Shown in pieces: positions 15,261 to 28,434 of a stretch of DNA of 64,000 bases. The position numbers and the translations under genes are program-made. Within the stretch, counting starts at the first letter, position 1. Every line of letters starts with the position of its first letter. This stretch comes from Eledone cirrhosa (lineage: Eukaryota). Below the pieces are notes generated by a model. The model worked only from the letters and a program-made list of their open reading frames with translations. It was not told the DNA's origin and made no database searches. Location of the stretch: positions 287,990,001-288,054,000 of the forward strand of contig OZ024740.1 of assembly GCA_964016885.1 (NCBI GenBank), read 5' to 3'.

Positions 15261-16625
15261 CAGTGGTTTCCAACCTTTTGTATACCATGTCCCACCTCAA
15301 CATCTCAAAAATTGTTATTGCCCCGCACTCGCCAAAAAAATTTATATGAACACAGAAATGATCTCTTATAAAGTATAAACAAATTGGTATATAGGTGGTG
15401 CCAGATACACACAGTAACATGTGTGGAGGAGGAAGTGAGACAGGAGTTTCTGACAGTAATATGTACCATATAGGTGGTGCCAGATACACACAGTAACATG
15501 TGTGAAGGAGGAGGCGAGACAGGAGTTTCTGACAGTAATCTATATATCTAAAACAGAGAATGTCTGTCTGTCCCACTAGAACTCGAGAACCACCCGACCG
15601 ATTATTTTCAAACTTTACACATGTAATACTTATGGTCGTGTGAGTGTTTTGAGCAAAAAATATTTCAAATTTTCAATGTCCTAGGGACCGCATTAGGCTC
15701 CGGTTAGCGATCCCTCTCTTTCTTAGTCTGTCTTTTTAGATAGATAGATAGCTATAACATCGCGCCCTTATAATATCTGTTTGTATGTCTGGCTGTCTGC
15801 ATTACGACATTATGAAAACATAATGAAGTAAATATTTCGAAAAACGTTGCAACTGAAGGAAAACAGGAAGACATTACTTTGGTTCGTGAAGACGTTCCCT
15901 GGCAATGAACGGAAAAAAGCGAAGATAATACGTCAGCAATGATAACAATATTTGCTCTAGGGTTCTTATATATTTGATATATATTTATCCTTATCGAGCC
16001 CTCTTTGGTTCGACTAACACTATATATATATATATATTTACACACACATTATATACATATATATATATATATATACACACACAGATAGCGAAGTCAATGT
16101 TTTCATAATGTCGTAATGCAGGTAGATACATAGCTATAACGTCGCGTCCCGGTTAAGACGGCACTCATGGCTTAGCAATTACATAGTCAACGGTTCGGAA
16201 ATCACATGCATCACTGACGAGTTTACTCCTTACTCTACCAGTTAGTCTTAGTGTACTTCGTCCTGCTTTTAGGTCAGGCCTCGAATGAAGAGATACTCCA
16301 TTGGCCGAAATACTGCGAAAGCAGCAAGAAAAAGAACAAGGCGGGCAAACGAACCGTCAGTGGAATCTGCTATTCGACGGTCACAAAGCCGAGGTATTCT
16401 GTTCTTCTCTGTACTGTTTCAGAAAGGAGGGATAAACATGCCAATCTATGTTTAGAATCCCGAGCAACGCCGGGCCATACTGCTAGTGTGTACTAAAGTT
16501 GCTTTAGTGTCAAAGTAATAAGGTAAAACCTGGAGTTTGTTCTCATTAACATCATTTTCAAATGACCCCTTTAGATATTCTGATCGCCCCAATGTGGGGT
16601 GTGCACCCCTCGTTGGGAATCTCTG
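15261..16625. mobile_element. hAT-Charlie (MER5-like) element hosting a Helitron
   Basis: TIRs CAGTGGTTTCCAAC / GTTGGGAATCTCTG; TSD ATCTAGAG/TTCTAGAG; internal ~78-bp tandem duplication 15390-15538. Confidence 0.75.
15539..16486 (+). mobile_element. Non-autonomous Helitron, family B
   Basis: A|TCTATATAT start; CCCG..CGGG hairpin then CTAG|T; removal restores GACAGTAA|TGTGTAC, matching the sister repeat GACAGTAATATGTAC. Confidence 0.85.
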
Positions 16626-16635
16626 TTCTAGAGCA

Positions 16636-16800
16636 TTAACAAGTTCTCCATTTCATCGATGACTGGATGGTGACCGAACTTTTGACTTCATACATAATCC
16701 TTTCTTTGTCCTTAATAATAGTGGAGATCGTGGAATGAAGCAACTGTAAATCATGTGCAATAACATTGACTTTAACTTTCAAATTCAAGTGACTCCATCT
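16636..16800 (-). mobile_element. Tigger transposase N-terminal HTH fragment
   Basis: VNVIAHDLQLLHSTISTIIKDKERI. Confidence 0.55.
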
Positions 16801-17002
16801 GTTTCTGTCTGCTGTATGGGTAAACGGAAATATCGTTGTGTATGGTATCGTTGGTAGTAGTAAATCTTTAGAATCTAAGCGCGAAAGTTGCGATATGTTT
16901 GCTAAAATATAAATGAAACCCCACGTGGTGATGATGCGATTCAGAGAAACGCACTGAACATAAGTGATGACATGAGAAAATGCGCGTGCGCGAGCGAATA
17001 TA

Positions 17003-17865
17003 TCTAATATATATTTGTGAAATGGGAGGTGGTTGAAATTCAGTTGTGCACGGTTAAATGGTAGTAGACGTGGTCGGACGGACATGAAAATTTACACACC
17101 TATGTAAAAAGTGCCAAGGAAGCAAATAGACGAGGTTTCAAATCTCTAACTTGAAAAATGTGGTCCATAGGGCCCCTAAACGGTCTATTTACTATCGCTT
17201 CCGGTGAGTTATTTCCCCCTGTTCTAATACTTGGATGAGTTATTTTCCGTAGTCGCTTTCAATATTCATTGTCTTATTTACAATTTCATACAAATTTTTA
17301 AACTCATCAATTTTTTCATAACATATCAAACAACGTTCTTTCGCTGTTTTTGAAAAATATTATTGAAATTTTATTATAAAGAAGCAGTTTCAGGAAAAAA
17401 ATAGAAATATGCACTTGGGGCTGGACGGCGTACAATGAGAAGTGGAGCGACGTGAAAAGCGTTGTTTATTAACAGCGAAATAGCAATGTCGATGATATGC
17501 AAGTTTGAAAATGCAGATTATGAAGGTTTGTATGATAGTTTACACTTTGATTGCCCTGGTCAGCAAGAGTGGCTTCTATCTATTAGACGTTTATTAGAAG
17601 AGGGGGAAATAACTAACCCCAGTATTAGAACAGGGTGTTCGCAATGTAAGGGTTTTATTTCTTTTGTTAGAAAACAGTGACCTTTTTCGGTTAATAAACA
17701 ACGCTTTTCACGTCGCTCCACTTCTCATTGTACGCCGTCCAGCCCCAAGTGCATATTTCTATTCTTTTCCTGAAACTGTTTCTTTATAATAAACTTTCAA
17801 TAATATTTTTCAAATTATTAACTTAATAAAAAGTGGCCCCGGGTGCAACCGGGCTCAGCTGCTAG
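17003..17865 (+). mobile_element. Non-autonomous Helitron, family C, with internal ~125-bp inverted repeat
   Basis: A|TCTAATATAT start; CCCGG..CCGGG hairpin + CTAG|T; IR 17349-17473 / 17690-17814. Confidence 0.75.
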
Positions 17866-18081
17866 TATATATATATATATATATATGAAAAGATTCGAGC
17901 TGTCGAAACGGCCGGAGCTCAGCTGTCGGGGTCCTGAATCTTTTTCACATTACCCACTCTACGACCCCAAGTATCGAGTACTCTGGTGGTTTATGGTCTA
18001 CCTGGTTTTACCACACCCTATCTGATATATATATATATATACATATATACATACATATATATATATATGTATGTATATATG

Positions 18082-18197
<116 letters not shown>

Positions 18198-18649
18198 ATT
18201 TAAGGTAAATTTAATGTAGATATAGCTATAGTTTCTGAATTAGAAGCTTCCTCATTAGAAGATTCTATATACAGAGGAATATTTCTATTGCATTTCTAAA
18301 TACGTCAAGCAAGATGTAGAATAATCTCAGCAATGCACAAAGGTAGCTTATTATGCTTTTCTGTGTATAGAGCCAATAATTGAAAGTATTTAATTTCATT
18401 CATTCATAGCGAGGCTTCTAATTCAAAACATGACCGTTATATCGACATTCTAATTTACATAAAATCATCTAATATACTTTGTGTTCTAGCATTAATATTG
18501 ATAGAGTACTATGAAAAGAAAACAGAAACGTTTTCAAACTATATTAGACACATTTTTATCTAGAAAAAAATTGGTATAATTATATTCATACAATAAATAC
18601 AGTTTCACTTTTTACTATATTAATTTGCAGAGGGTCCTATCAGAAGCAA

Positions 18650-19130
18650 CCGTCTTCAATTGATCTAGCTGGATCCCCAAAGTGTGACCAACCAAAGTTA
18701 TGTATGTTATCCAAACATCTTGTCCTTGGTCTACTTCTGGGTTTCCTGTTGGTTTTCTTAACCCGTAAAATTTGTTTTGCGTTTTTTCCCCTTAGACATT
18801 CTAATCACGAGACCGAAGTACCGGAACTATGATTTCTCAACGTGTAGCAGTTCTATTTGGAGTGACTCTCCTCACCCTATCGAATAACATTACTCCTGAG
18901 ATCCTTCGAGTGAACCCCATTTCGGCCGCTTGTATTTGCGATCGTATTCTTCCGGCTACTACCTTTCGGTGTTGATATCACTTCCATTCCGGTTGCGCAT
19001 GATGAACATTTTCCAAATGCATGTATCGCTTTGTGGATATTTTGTCCATTGTCAGTTGCAGTTGTATCCACTAAGATATTTTTCAGCAAACTACAGCTCA
19101 TCAATGACTTTTTGAGAAGCACAATGACAC
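18650..19130 (-). mobile_element. RTE-clade LINE 3' relic
   Basis: RIRSQIQAAEMGFTRRISGV..DRVR, KPTGNPEVDQ/RPRTR-like end, KAIHAFGK. Confidence 0.75.
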
Positions 19131-19892
19131 AAATCTCACGAATCTAGTATATCGTGATACTTAAATCTGTAGGTTTGCATGTGTGTGGCCAGAATGTGAC
19201 AGGAGAAATGTAGCTAAGAGAAACAGTGAACAAATTCACTGTATCAGGTGACTAAAATGGAAACACGTATCACGTGACTACTAGTCCAGGGAAGAAAGTG
19301 AAACGTCATTTTATTTCAGTGTTAACATATCTAATGAAGTGGGCATAAAAAAACGATAACTTTCAAAAACATATAGGCGGCGAGGAAACAACAACAATAT
19401 TTAATCATTGTTAAATATTGTTTTGATTCCATAGGCAATTGCGGGAGACAACACCGTGCATGGTTCGGATCTCTCCTCGGCATATCACAAACTTCACCGT
19501 ACTTACTGAATTAGTTAGTGATGAGAGAACCATTAGGTAAATGTACAAAAACGAACACTTGCTGTCGTAGAAAAAGCATTTTAAAAAGAACACGTCATTT
19601 TTATATGGTGTCTGCATGAGAAGAATACATCATAAAAGAAAGAATAAATATAATCGTTAAGTTAATGTTAACATGGACATCAATTGTTACTCATATATTG
19701 TATGTAGGTAATAGTCATAATGACATTTTAATGTTAGTCATATACTGAACATATTTTATAGATTTTACTGTTGTACCTGTTTGGCAAGTTTGTTGGTTTT
19801 GAATTGTGCGTAGAAAGTGATAAATGAACGTCGGCTCTCTGGAACTCCCTCCCTAATCATGTCTTTCCTGAATGAGAAGACTAGCAACAGTT

Positions 19893-20477
19893 TACGAGGA
19901 TCGGATGAAAAGTTCATAGGCTGACCAAGATACTCTCATGGATTGACGAAATGAGGTTTATTTTTCAACATAGTCCCTGGAAAGAAACAATATAGCTATT
20001 AATAAAAATTCATAGGCTGACCAAGATACTCTCATGGAATGACCAAATGAGGTTTATTTTTCAACATAGTCCCTGGAAAGAAACAATATAGCTATTAATA
20101 AAAATTCATAGGCTGACCAAGATACTCTCATGGAATGACCAAATGAGGTTTATTTTTCAACATAGTCCCTGGAAAGAAACAATATGGCTATTAATAAAAA
20201 TTCATAGGCTGACCAAGATACTCTCATGGGATGACCAAATGAGGTTTATTTTTCAACATAGTCTCTGGAAAGAAACAATATGGCTATTAATAAAAATTCA
20301 TAGGCTGACCAAGATACTCTCATGGAATGACCAAATGAGGTTTATTTTTTAACATAGTCCCAGGAAAGAAACAATGTAGTTATTAATAAGAAGAGTTGAA
20401 ATTAATGCATGCAAGATTTCACATCTCTGTCATAACTCTTTCATAGTCAGCCTATGAACTTTTCAGCCAACCCTCGT
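19893..20477. mobile_element. Mariner-type MITE with internal 5 x 96-bp tandem amplification
   Basis: TACGAGG..TGAAAAGTTCATAGGCTGAC / GTCAGCCTATGAACTTTTCAGCCAACCCTCGTA; units start near 19915, 20011, 20107, 20203, 20299; unamplified relative at 53992-54186. Confidence 0.88.
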
Positions 20478-20656
20478 AAGCGGAACATGAATATTTTCGA
20501 TCTTTCCGGTCTCAGAGGCCCTGTGAAAGCTATGGGCATTACCCTTTCCTCCAGACCTAAAAAATCCAATATAACAAACAAACAAAACAGAAAACATACA
20601 CAGATACACATAATATATAATATATAATGAGTGTTTCAACAGAGATCGCTAAAATA

Positions 20657-20840
20657 ATTGTTTCTACTTTTGGCACAATGCCAACAATTACTCAGTACAT
20701 TACTGGTACTTTATTTTATCGACCCCGTAAGGATGAAAGGCAAAGTTAACCTCGGTGGGATTTGAACTCAGAATGGAAAGAGCCGTAACTCTATGCGTCA
20801 AAGCATGACGTCCGACCCTCTACCGATACTGCCAATCCAC
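20657..20840 (-). mobile_element. tRNA-SINE (main family); an older copy follows at 20975-21120
   Basis: Near-identity to 2671-2859. Confidence 0.9.
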
Positions 20841-21325
20841 AATGCCACGTTGAAATAACTACTGGTGTCGATATAACCGATTAAAAGCTTGAAGATGGCG
20901 CCCCAGCATGGCCGTATTTCAAGGACTGAAGCAGTAAATAAATAATTTATAATACAATTTTTTCTAGCATTTTGTGGGGAGGGGAAAGTTGATTATATCG
21001 ACCCCAGAAAGATGAAAGTTAAAGTTGACATTAGCGAGATTTGAACTCAGAACATAGAAAGTCGTAACTAAATACCACAAAGCTTTTTGTTCGATGCTCC
21101 ACCGATTCTGCCAATCCACCATTAGAATAATCTATAATATAATGATTGAACTGGATGCTTTTTTTGTTCATCTGTCACACACAAATGCTAGAATCTGAGA
21201 CAATCATTCTAAAAATTCTAAAATCTCTAGTTTTGAAATACAATTAAAACTAAGACAAACGAGTTAGGGCCAAATGTTCTAAAATGGTTTCATTCTTGCC
21301 GATGGTATTCTCCTTCACTCTCTCT

Positions 21326-21386
<61 letters not shown>

Positions 21387-21472
21387 GGTAAGTTATTCCG
21401 AGTTGAATCGGAGGTAACCACAGTAAGTAAGGTACTCAATACATAGCAAAGTATAAAAGTTTTAATATAGAT

Positions 21473-21518
21473 GAGATTCTACAGGACTAGAACTGTTTCA
21501 TTCTTGAGAAATCATCAG
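21473..21518 (-). ncRNA. Hammerhead ribozyme motif lacking the 5' strand of stem I (truncated)
   Basis: Minus strand CTGATGA-TTTCTCAAGAAT-GAAA-CAGTTCTAGTCCTG-TA-GAATCTC; same stem III as 56986-57039. Confidence 0.55.
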
Positions 21519-21668
21519 TCCCGTAGAATATCATCTATATTAAAACTATATTAAAACTATATATATCCTGCTGACAACATTAAATTATTCCTAACAAGCT
21601 CATATGTGCCAAGGCTCTGATACCATCAACACTATAAACACAGAGCTGGCATATCTAAGAACTGACTA

Positions 21669-21724
21669 ACTGCCTGATGAGGCCATAGCCATTCAATGGC
21701 TATCATCGAAATATATATAGCAGT
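21669..21724 (+). ncRNA. Minimal type I hammerhead ribozyme
   Basis: ACTGC-CTGATGA-G..ATAGCCAT/ATGGCTAT..C-GAAA-TATATA-TA-GCAGT: stem I ACTGC/GCAGT, intact core, palindromic stem III. Confidence 0.85.
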
Positions 21725-22408
21725 AAATAAAGGATTATGAGTTCATGCAATTGACTTATGTTTCGTCACTATATATGTATATATATATATATATATGCAA
21801 AAAGTAAATGAAATCAAAAAATAAAACAGCATAGTAAAATGAAGTAATATATTAATTTAACGCTTGATAACGTTTTAACGACTCAGCCAATTCGCTGTAT
21901 ATATATTTTCATATACATATTTCAACATTTGTGATGCTTTATCCTAACAGATGAAACCACAGTTTCAAATTATTTTTGCCAAGTTGCTGTTGATATCAAC
22001 CAATACTGGAAACAGAATCCCAGTCATAAGAAATTGGAATACAAAAAGCTGTATTTGTAGGACAATGCAGCTAGTTCTATGGACGCAACGGTGAGTATTA
22101 TGCAAAGATGCATGCACATGTTTAATACGTGTTCTATGGAAATATGCCTTTCTGGAATCGACAGAACCATTAACTCCGTAAATAATTGAATTTGTTATGT
22201 GAGGCGTCTAGTTAAAAAAACTTGCCAAGCTGATGAAGGCAAATTCCATTTCATGGACAAGAAGTTTGCAATTTAGTGATAACACGCGCTTCACATTTTT
22301 TTAGAATTTGAGAGTTGATAAAGTAAATGTGTAAGTATGTGTGTGTATGTGTATGTATATATATATATATATTGTGTGTTTGTGTTTGTGTGTGTGTGTG
22401 TGTGTGTG

Positions 22409-22511
22409 TTGGCAGTGTCGGTAGAGGGTCGGACGCCATGCTTTGCAGCATAGAGTTACGGACCTTTAGATTCTGAGTTCAAATCTCGCTGAGGTTAACT
22501 TTGCCTTTCAT
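22409..22511 (+). mobile_element. tRNA-SINE fragment
   Basis: TGGCAGTGTCGGTAGAGGG..GAGTTCAAATCT. Confidence 0.8.
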
Positions 22512-22679
22512 ACACATCAAGATTTACGAATTAACACTGTTCTATATTCTTCTTATATATAAATTCAGGAAAATTAAATAAAACAAATGTATTTTTTTAA
22601 TACAATTTTTATGAAGCGAATATGAATGTATGTCATAATATTTTTTCAGGAAAACACGCACCCCTCTCTCTCTCACCCA

Positions 22680-22892
22680 TACCTCTCACTCCACACACAC
22701 ACACATTCACACACCACACACACACTCACACACACTCACACACACCACACACATACACACACACACACACTCATACACACACACAGACTCACACACACAC
22801 TCACACACACACATACACACACACACACTCACACACACTCACACACACCACACACATACACACACACACACACTCATACACACACACAGACT

Positions 22893-22923
<31 letters not shown>

Positions 22924-23240
22924 ACACACACACTCACACACACTCACACACACCACACACATACACACACACACACACTCATACACACACACAGACTCAC
23001 ACACACACTCACACACACACACTCATACACACACCACACATACCACACACTCACACACCACACACCACACACCACACATTCACACACATTCACACAGCCA
23101 CCACACACACACACCACACATACCACACACTCACACACCACACACACACCACACACATACACACACACACACACACCACACATACCACACACCACACACA
23201 CACACACTCACACATACACAATCTATCTCACACACATACA
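22680..23240. repeat. Complex (CA)n tract with higher-order repetition
   Basis: CA-rich block with recurring CTCATACACACACACAGACTC unit. Confidence 0.9.
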
Positions 23241-23346
23241 CATAGTACAGGTGAAATGAAATAAATTTGTTAATTTGTTTCATAGGAAATATCTACCCTA
23301 AAAAAATGTTATTGGAAAAAAAGAGCCAAGAGTATGACAGGTATAT

Positions 23347-23530
23347 AATTGTTTCTACTTTTGGCACAAGGCCAGCAATCACCCAGTGTATTACTGGTAC
23401 TTTATTTTATCGACCCCGTAAGGACGAAAGGCAAAGTTAACCTCGGCGGGATTTGAACTCAGATTGGAAAGGGCCATAACTCTATGCGTCAAAGCATGGC
23501 ATCCGACCCTCTACCGATACTGCCTATCCA
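23347..23530 (-). mobile_element. tRNA-SINE (main family)
   Basis: Near-identity to other copies. Confidence 0.9.
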
Positions 23531-23713
23531 ACGTAGGTTAAGGACTAAAGCACTAAAAACAAAAAATAAAAAATGTAAACAAATCGGGTCGTAACAATTA
23601 TTTTAGAAACAAATTTTCTGAAAGATTATCTCTTCCTTGTTTATTTATCCATATACCCTCTCTCCCCCTCCCTCGTATATGTCTCTATCTATCTATCTAT
23701 CTATTAAGCCTGT

Positions 23714-24510
23714 CACGATTGAAAGGTCTGAGGTCAGGTAACTTCCTCTCTGGCCATAGTCTGGTCTACTTCTTCCGATATCACTTCGGAAGAAGGATAA
23801 GAATGGAGAGAGAGGTGCTTGGCCACAGGCAGTTTTATGAGAGGTGGGTGATAGTGGCGAGAATGGCTCGTGTAAATGGGCCTTCTCTGTATACCATCCT
23901 GTAGGTAAAGAAGTGAAGGAGAGGGGAGCACCTTCTCCATGTGCTCCCCGGGCAAAGGATTGCACACTTTTTCGGGGGTGTGTGCAACCCCCATCACGTC
24001 CCCTCCCTTTTGAGGTTGTTTTCGATTATTTTCATTTTATACCCTTTTTACTCGAATCATGTAAACTCCCCCTTTGTATTTGTCCCTTCTTTTTATGCCT
24101 TTATGGTAAATAAAGAAATATATCTATTAAGCCTGTAGGTCGAGGAAGAAGAGGAAGAGAAGAGAGGAGTGTTCGCTCTTCGTGCTCCTGGAGATGAGGG
24201 GTGTACATTTTTTCAGGGTGTGTGCAACCCATTTGTAACGCCTCCTCCCTATTGGGGATTTCGTTTGTTTTATTCATTATTTTTGTTATACATTTTTACA
24301 CGCCTTGTATGTAAACTCCCCAATTGTATTTGTCCCCATCTTTTGCGCCCTTGTGGAAAATAAAGAAATATATCTATTTCGATTGTTTAAATTTATTTGT
24401 TTGTTGTTAATATTTTTACACGAATTGTATGTAAATCGCCGGCATGCGTCCTTGTATTGTCCCCCTTTTTTGTGCGCCCTTGTAGCAAATAAAGAAAGTT
24501 ATCTATCTAT
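23714..24510 (+). mobile_element. Three short 5'-truncated Tx1-type LINE 3' ends in tandem
   Basis: Each ends AATAAAGAAA-(TATC)n (near 24120, 24376, 24510); first encodes the ORF2 C-terminus ..ARMARVNGPSLY; 16-bp TSD TATCTATTAAGCCTGT at 23698-23713 and 24121-24136. Confidence 0.85.
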
Positions 24511-26387
24511 CAAGGCGGCCGGCTTCAGCAGCTGGATCGCTGCCATGCACACCAGCATCTGCTCTGCAGTCAAGGTTAATGGCTACCTATCGGAGCCATT
24601 CCAAATCATGCGTTCCATCCGTCAAGGGTTCCCTCTCTCCTCCATTCTGTATGTACTGACTCTCGAGCCATCACTGCGGAAGCTGGAGCTGTTGCAGGGC
24701 ATCCCGATCGAACCAGGACTGCGGAAAGCAGCGTCGCCCTATGTCGACGACATAACCGTAATGGTGTCGAAAACCTCGGACATCGGGGTAATCGGCAACC
24801 TATTACAGGAACACGAAACGTTGACAGGAGCAAGACTAAACCCAAACAAGTCTGTCGGTTTGCAACTCGGCACATGGAGAGGCAAACCCATGCCTTCCGA
24901 CAGTGTCGTTTGACACTGAACGGAAGGACCGGTGAAATTGCTCGGGGTCTGGTTTGGTCCAGACCTCCAGGTGGACAAGAACTGGAACGACGTCACGGCG
25001 AAGGTGTTTGCACTCACCCAGAAGTGGGCTGAGTGAAACTCTCCTTGAAAGGTTGAGTGGAGGTGTCGAACACTTACATAGCGTCCGTCATCAACTACCG
25101 CTTAATAGTCGTGCCTTGTCCCCGCGAATACCTCATCAAAATGGAACGCCTACTCTTCAAGTTCCTCTGGATGAAACAGGCTCCATTGGTGAGGAGATCC
25201 ATCTGCTGTCAACACCCTTCTAACGGAGGGCTGGGCATGCCGTGGCTGATGATGCGCAAACACGCGCTGAGGCTACGCCATCTCCAGGTATTCCTGACCG
25301 GCGAACCGGTCTGGCTGTCGTTTGTGAGACGAGCTCTTCCACAACTCATCTCACTAACAGAGCTGCAGTCCTGGGTCAAGCGAAGACCGAAAATGGGCGC
25401 CTGGTACCTCGAGTGCCTTCAGGCACTCACAGCCCTCTACCAAGCGGAAACGGCAATCAGCGGAGACTCCGCTTCGGCATTCTATAGGGGATTAGTGGAG
25501 GATAAGTGCGACGACGTTCTCGGGGAAACTCTAGGGATCGAGGAAGACGAACTGACCAGTCTGTTCGGGAGGACTTTCCGTCCAGGGCCTATGGATAACT
25601 TCCAGAGGTCTCTGGCCTGGCAGTGCTACCGAGGAGCTCTACCAGTTCGAGACAAAATTTACAGACACGGACGCCCTGGCAGAGATCCTGCCAAAAGGAC
25701 CTATCCAAGATACGAGCAGGACATCCAAACCGTTCTGCACGCAATTGGTCAGTACTCAGGGGTGACCGACCTGTGGGATTATGTCGAACAGCTACTGTCA
25801 CGTGTACGATGCATCTAGTTGTCAGTCGAGTCCATCATGAGGATCACCCCGCCGCCTTCATTTAAGAATGAAGGAGAGGCGGTCTTCCTCTGTCTGGTGA
25901 CTATGGCGAAAGAGGTAATATGGTGGATGAGGTTAAAAGGACTGAGGGCAAGCACCTTTCTCTCCAGACAACAACTCATCCCCTTCTTTAAGTAGCACTT
26001 CAGAAGGAAGGTGAGAGTGGAGAGAGAGGTGCTACACCCCAGTAAATTCGCTGAAAGGTGGGTGAATGTGGCGAAAATGGCCCGGGTGAATGGGCCTTCT
26101 CTGTATATAAACCTGTAGGTCGAGGAAGATAAACAGAGGGAAGACGGGAACACCTACAAAACGTGTTCCTGGTGTTGAGGGTTGTTCTATCCACGGGGTG
26201 TAAAACAACCCCGCAGTAGCTTTACCCCCCCCCCCCCCCCCCCCTCCCCATGGGGATTTCAATTGTTTTATTTTTATATAGTTTATTGTTATTTATCATT
26301 GTTAAAGATTTTATGTAAGACCCCCGACGTCACGTCCTGTAATGTCCCATTCATTTTTGAACGCCCCTGTGGCAAATAAAGAAAGAT
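24511..26387 (+). mobile_element. 5'-truncated Tx1-type LINE (RT C-half, zinc finger, 3' UTR)
   Basis: SIRQGFPLS, PYVDD, KLLGVWFG, GGLGMP; in-frame stops; AATAAA + (TATC)n tail. Confidence 0.92.
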
Positions 26388-26400
26388 ATCTATCTATCTT

Positions 26401-26477
<77 letters not shown>

Positions 26478-26587
26478 CTATCTATCCTCTTCCTACCTCT
26501 AAATTGTCAGTGGGTGGGTCATTGAAATGTCCCCCCCCCCCCGGGTCGAAAATTTAATTTTCAGAAAATTTAATTGTTTTTATAACT

Positions 26588-26791
26588 ATGAATGATAAAA
26601 TTGAAGTGTTTCTCGCCATAAGTGGAAATGGGAGCATTGAAATGAATATCACTATGACAACAGGGAGTAGTGACCGAGAAAAATCACATGAAAACAAAAG
26701 TATGGAAACACAAACGGCACAAAAAAATATTGAACAAGAAAAAAACACAACTTCACAAATGAACTCCACAACCACAAATCAAGCAATTGAG

Positions 26792-26828
<37 letters not shown>

Positions 26829-28362
26829 GCAACAACAACAACAACAACAACAACGACAACAATGACAACAATGACAACAACAACAACAGCAACCACAATA
26901 AGCAAAGGAAGTTTTACAAATATTGATATTTCCAATGCGAAGGAAATGATCAATGAAGGAAAAAAATATATTACCTTTGAGGAAAAAGGGGGGATTTAAA
27001 ATCACCTCTCCGCCACAAATCAAAGCCGACACTATGCGAAGGACTGTGATTTTTCACACGATTTCGAACACACAAAAAAAACCGGCTTTCCTTACTCAAG
27101 GCGAAATTGAAACCGTCTTGAAAGAGGCAATGTCACACATACACTTCATACAAAGGGCTAAACTATACGGAAGCATTTCGGTCCTCTTCAAAAGTGAGGC
27201 CCTTGCAAAAAAATACTCAGTGATCCCGGTCACCTCTGCCACACACACCTTTTTCCTTACATACATGGGAAAAAGAACACAAAAAATAAACATTTCAAAC
27301 ATACCACCCAACATTAACATCGGGTGGATTCTGGCAGGGTTCTTGGAGGAGGATGAAGACACAATACTGTCGATTCAAAAATCCACAAGAAACACCTGGA
27401 ACGGCACAAGCTTGGAAATTTTAGTCCAAATGAAACCGGACAGAATTTCCAAGATACCAGAAAGAGTGCCAGTAGAAAATACAAACTATATACAGATTTC
27501 GGCAGAAGGTTGGAGGCCACATTGTTTTAAATGCGCAAGCACATCGCATTTAAAGGCCTCCTTCCCCTCTTACGACCACCCCCACACAAAAAGTACTTTT
27601 ACCAACACCAACACCAAAACCACAACAACAACAACTCACAAAACAAGCAAACACACAAAAGCAAACAACTACTCAACCGCAAACAACAGAAAAAGCACAA
27701 ACTGAAAAACACAGTTCCACCCCCTCCCACACCATCCAACACTACCACAATCACACACACAAAAACACCATCACCACACAACTTACCCCTACCGCAAGCT
27801 CCTGATGACGATTCATCGTCAGACGAGGCTACTTCTCCATCCCTAAGTGAAGATGAAGGAGAGCCTCGGAAATAAAAAAAAACAAAAAAAGAGATACCAC
27901 AAAGCCACAAAAACACCAATCACCAACACAAACACACAACCACCAACACAAACAAGAACACAAACACCACCACAATCAACCCCCCCCCCCTCTACCAGCA
28001 AAACAAACACCAACACCACCCAAACACAAATGCCCACCACAAAAAGAAAACTACAAAATGAACGACAAACCAAAACAACACAACAAAAACACAAACAACA
28101 ATATGCATACATCAACACCAACGACAAGAATTTGATGGAGGTCATCTCCCAAAACTCCAAGGTGGAGACCGAGGGTAAAACTTTTGTTAAAGCAGAATCG
28201 TCTCCACACCTCAAACTGATAAGGGTTTCCATGGAAACCTATGGTGAACTAAAAAATGAATTTTCGCAGGACGTGGGCAACCCCTGTCACAAACCAATTA
28301 ACCACGTCCTGTTAAAATGTTTCCCCACCCCACCCAACACCCAACACCCAAATGGAGATTAA
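26588..28362 (+). pseudogene. Tx1 ORF1 (gag-like, zinc knuckle), frameshifted
   Basis: INISNIPP motif, RPHCFKCASTSHLKASF (CCHC with last Cys lost), Thr/Pro-rich tail across three frames. Confidence 0.8.
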
Positions 28363-28434
28363 ACAACCCGATCTCCAGGAAACGAAAAGGTAAGTGCATC
28401 TTTTCGTCCTTTACGTCAACTCTTCTCCTCCAAC

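Noticed and set aside
17888-17945. GAAA-CGGCCG palindrome in a short AT-flanked unit
   Set aside because: No CUGANGA core or UH cleavage site present
19915-20390. Regular repeats that might suggest a CRISPR array
   Set aside because: Units are contiguous 96-bp tandem copies with no unique spacers, inside a MITE, in eukaryotic DNA
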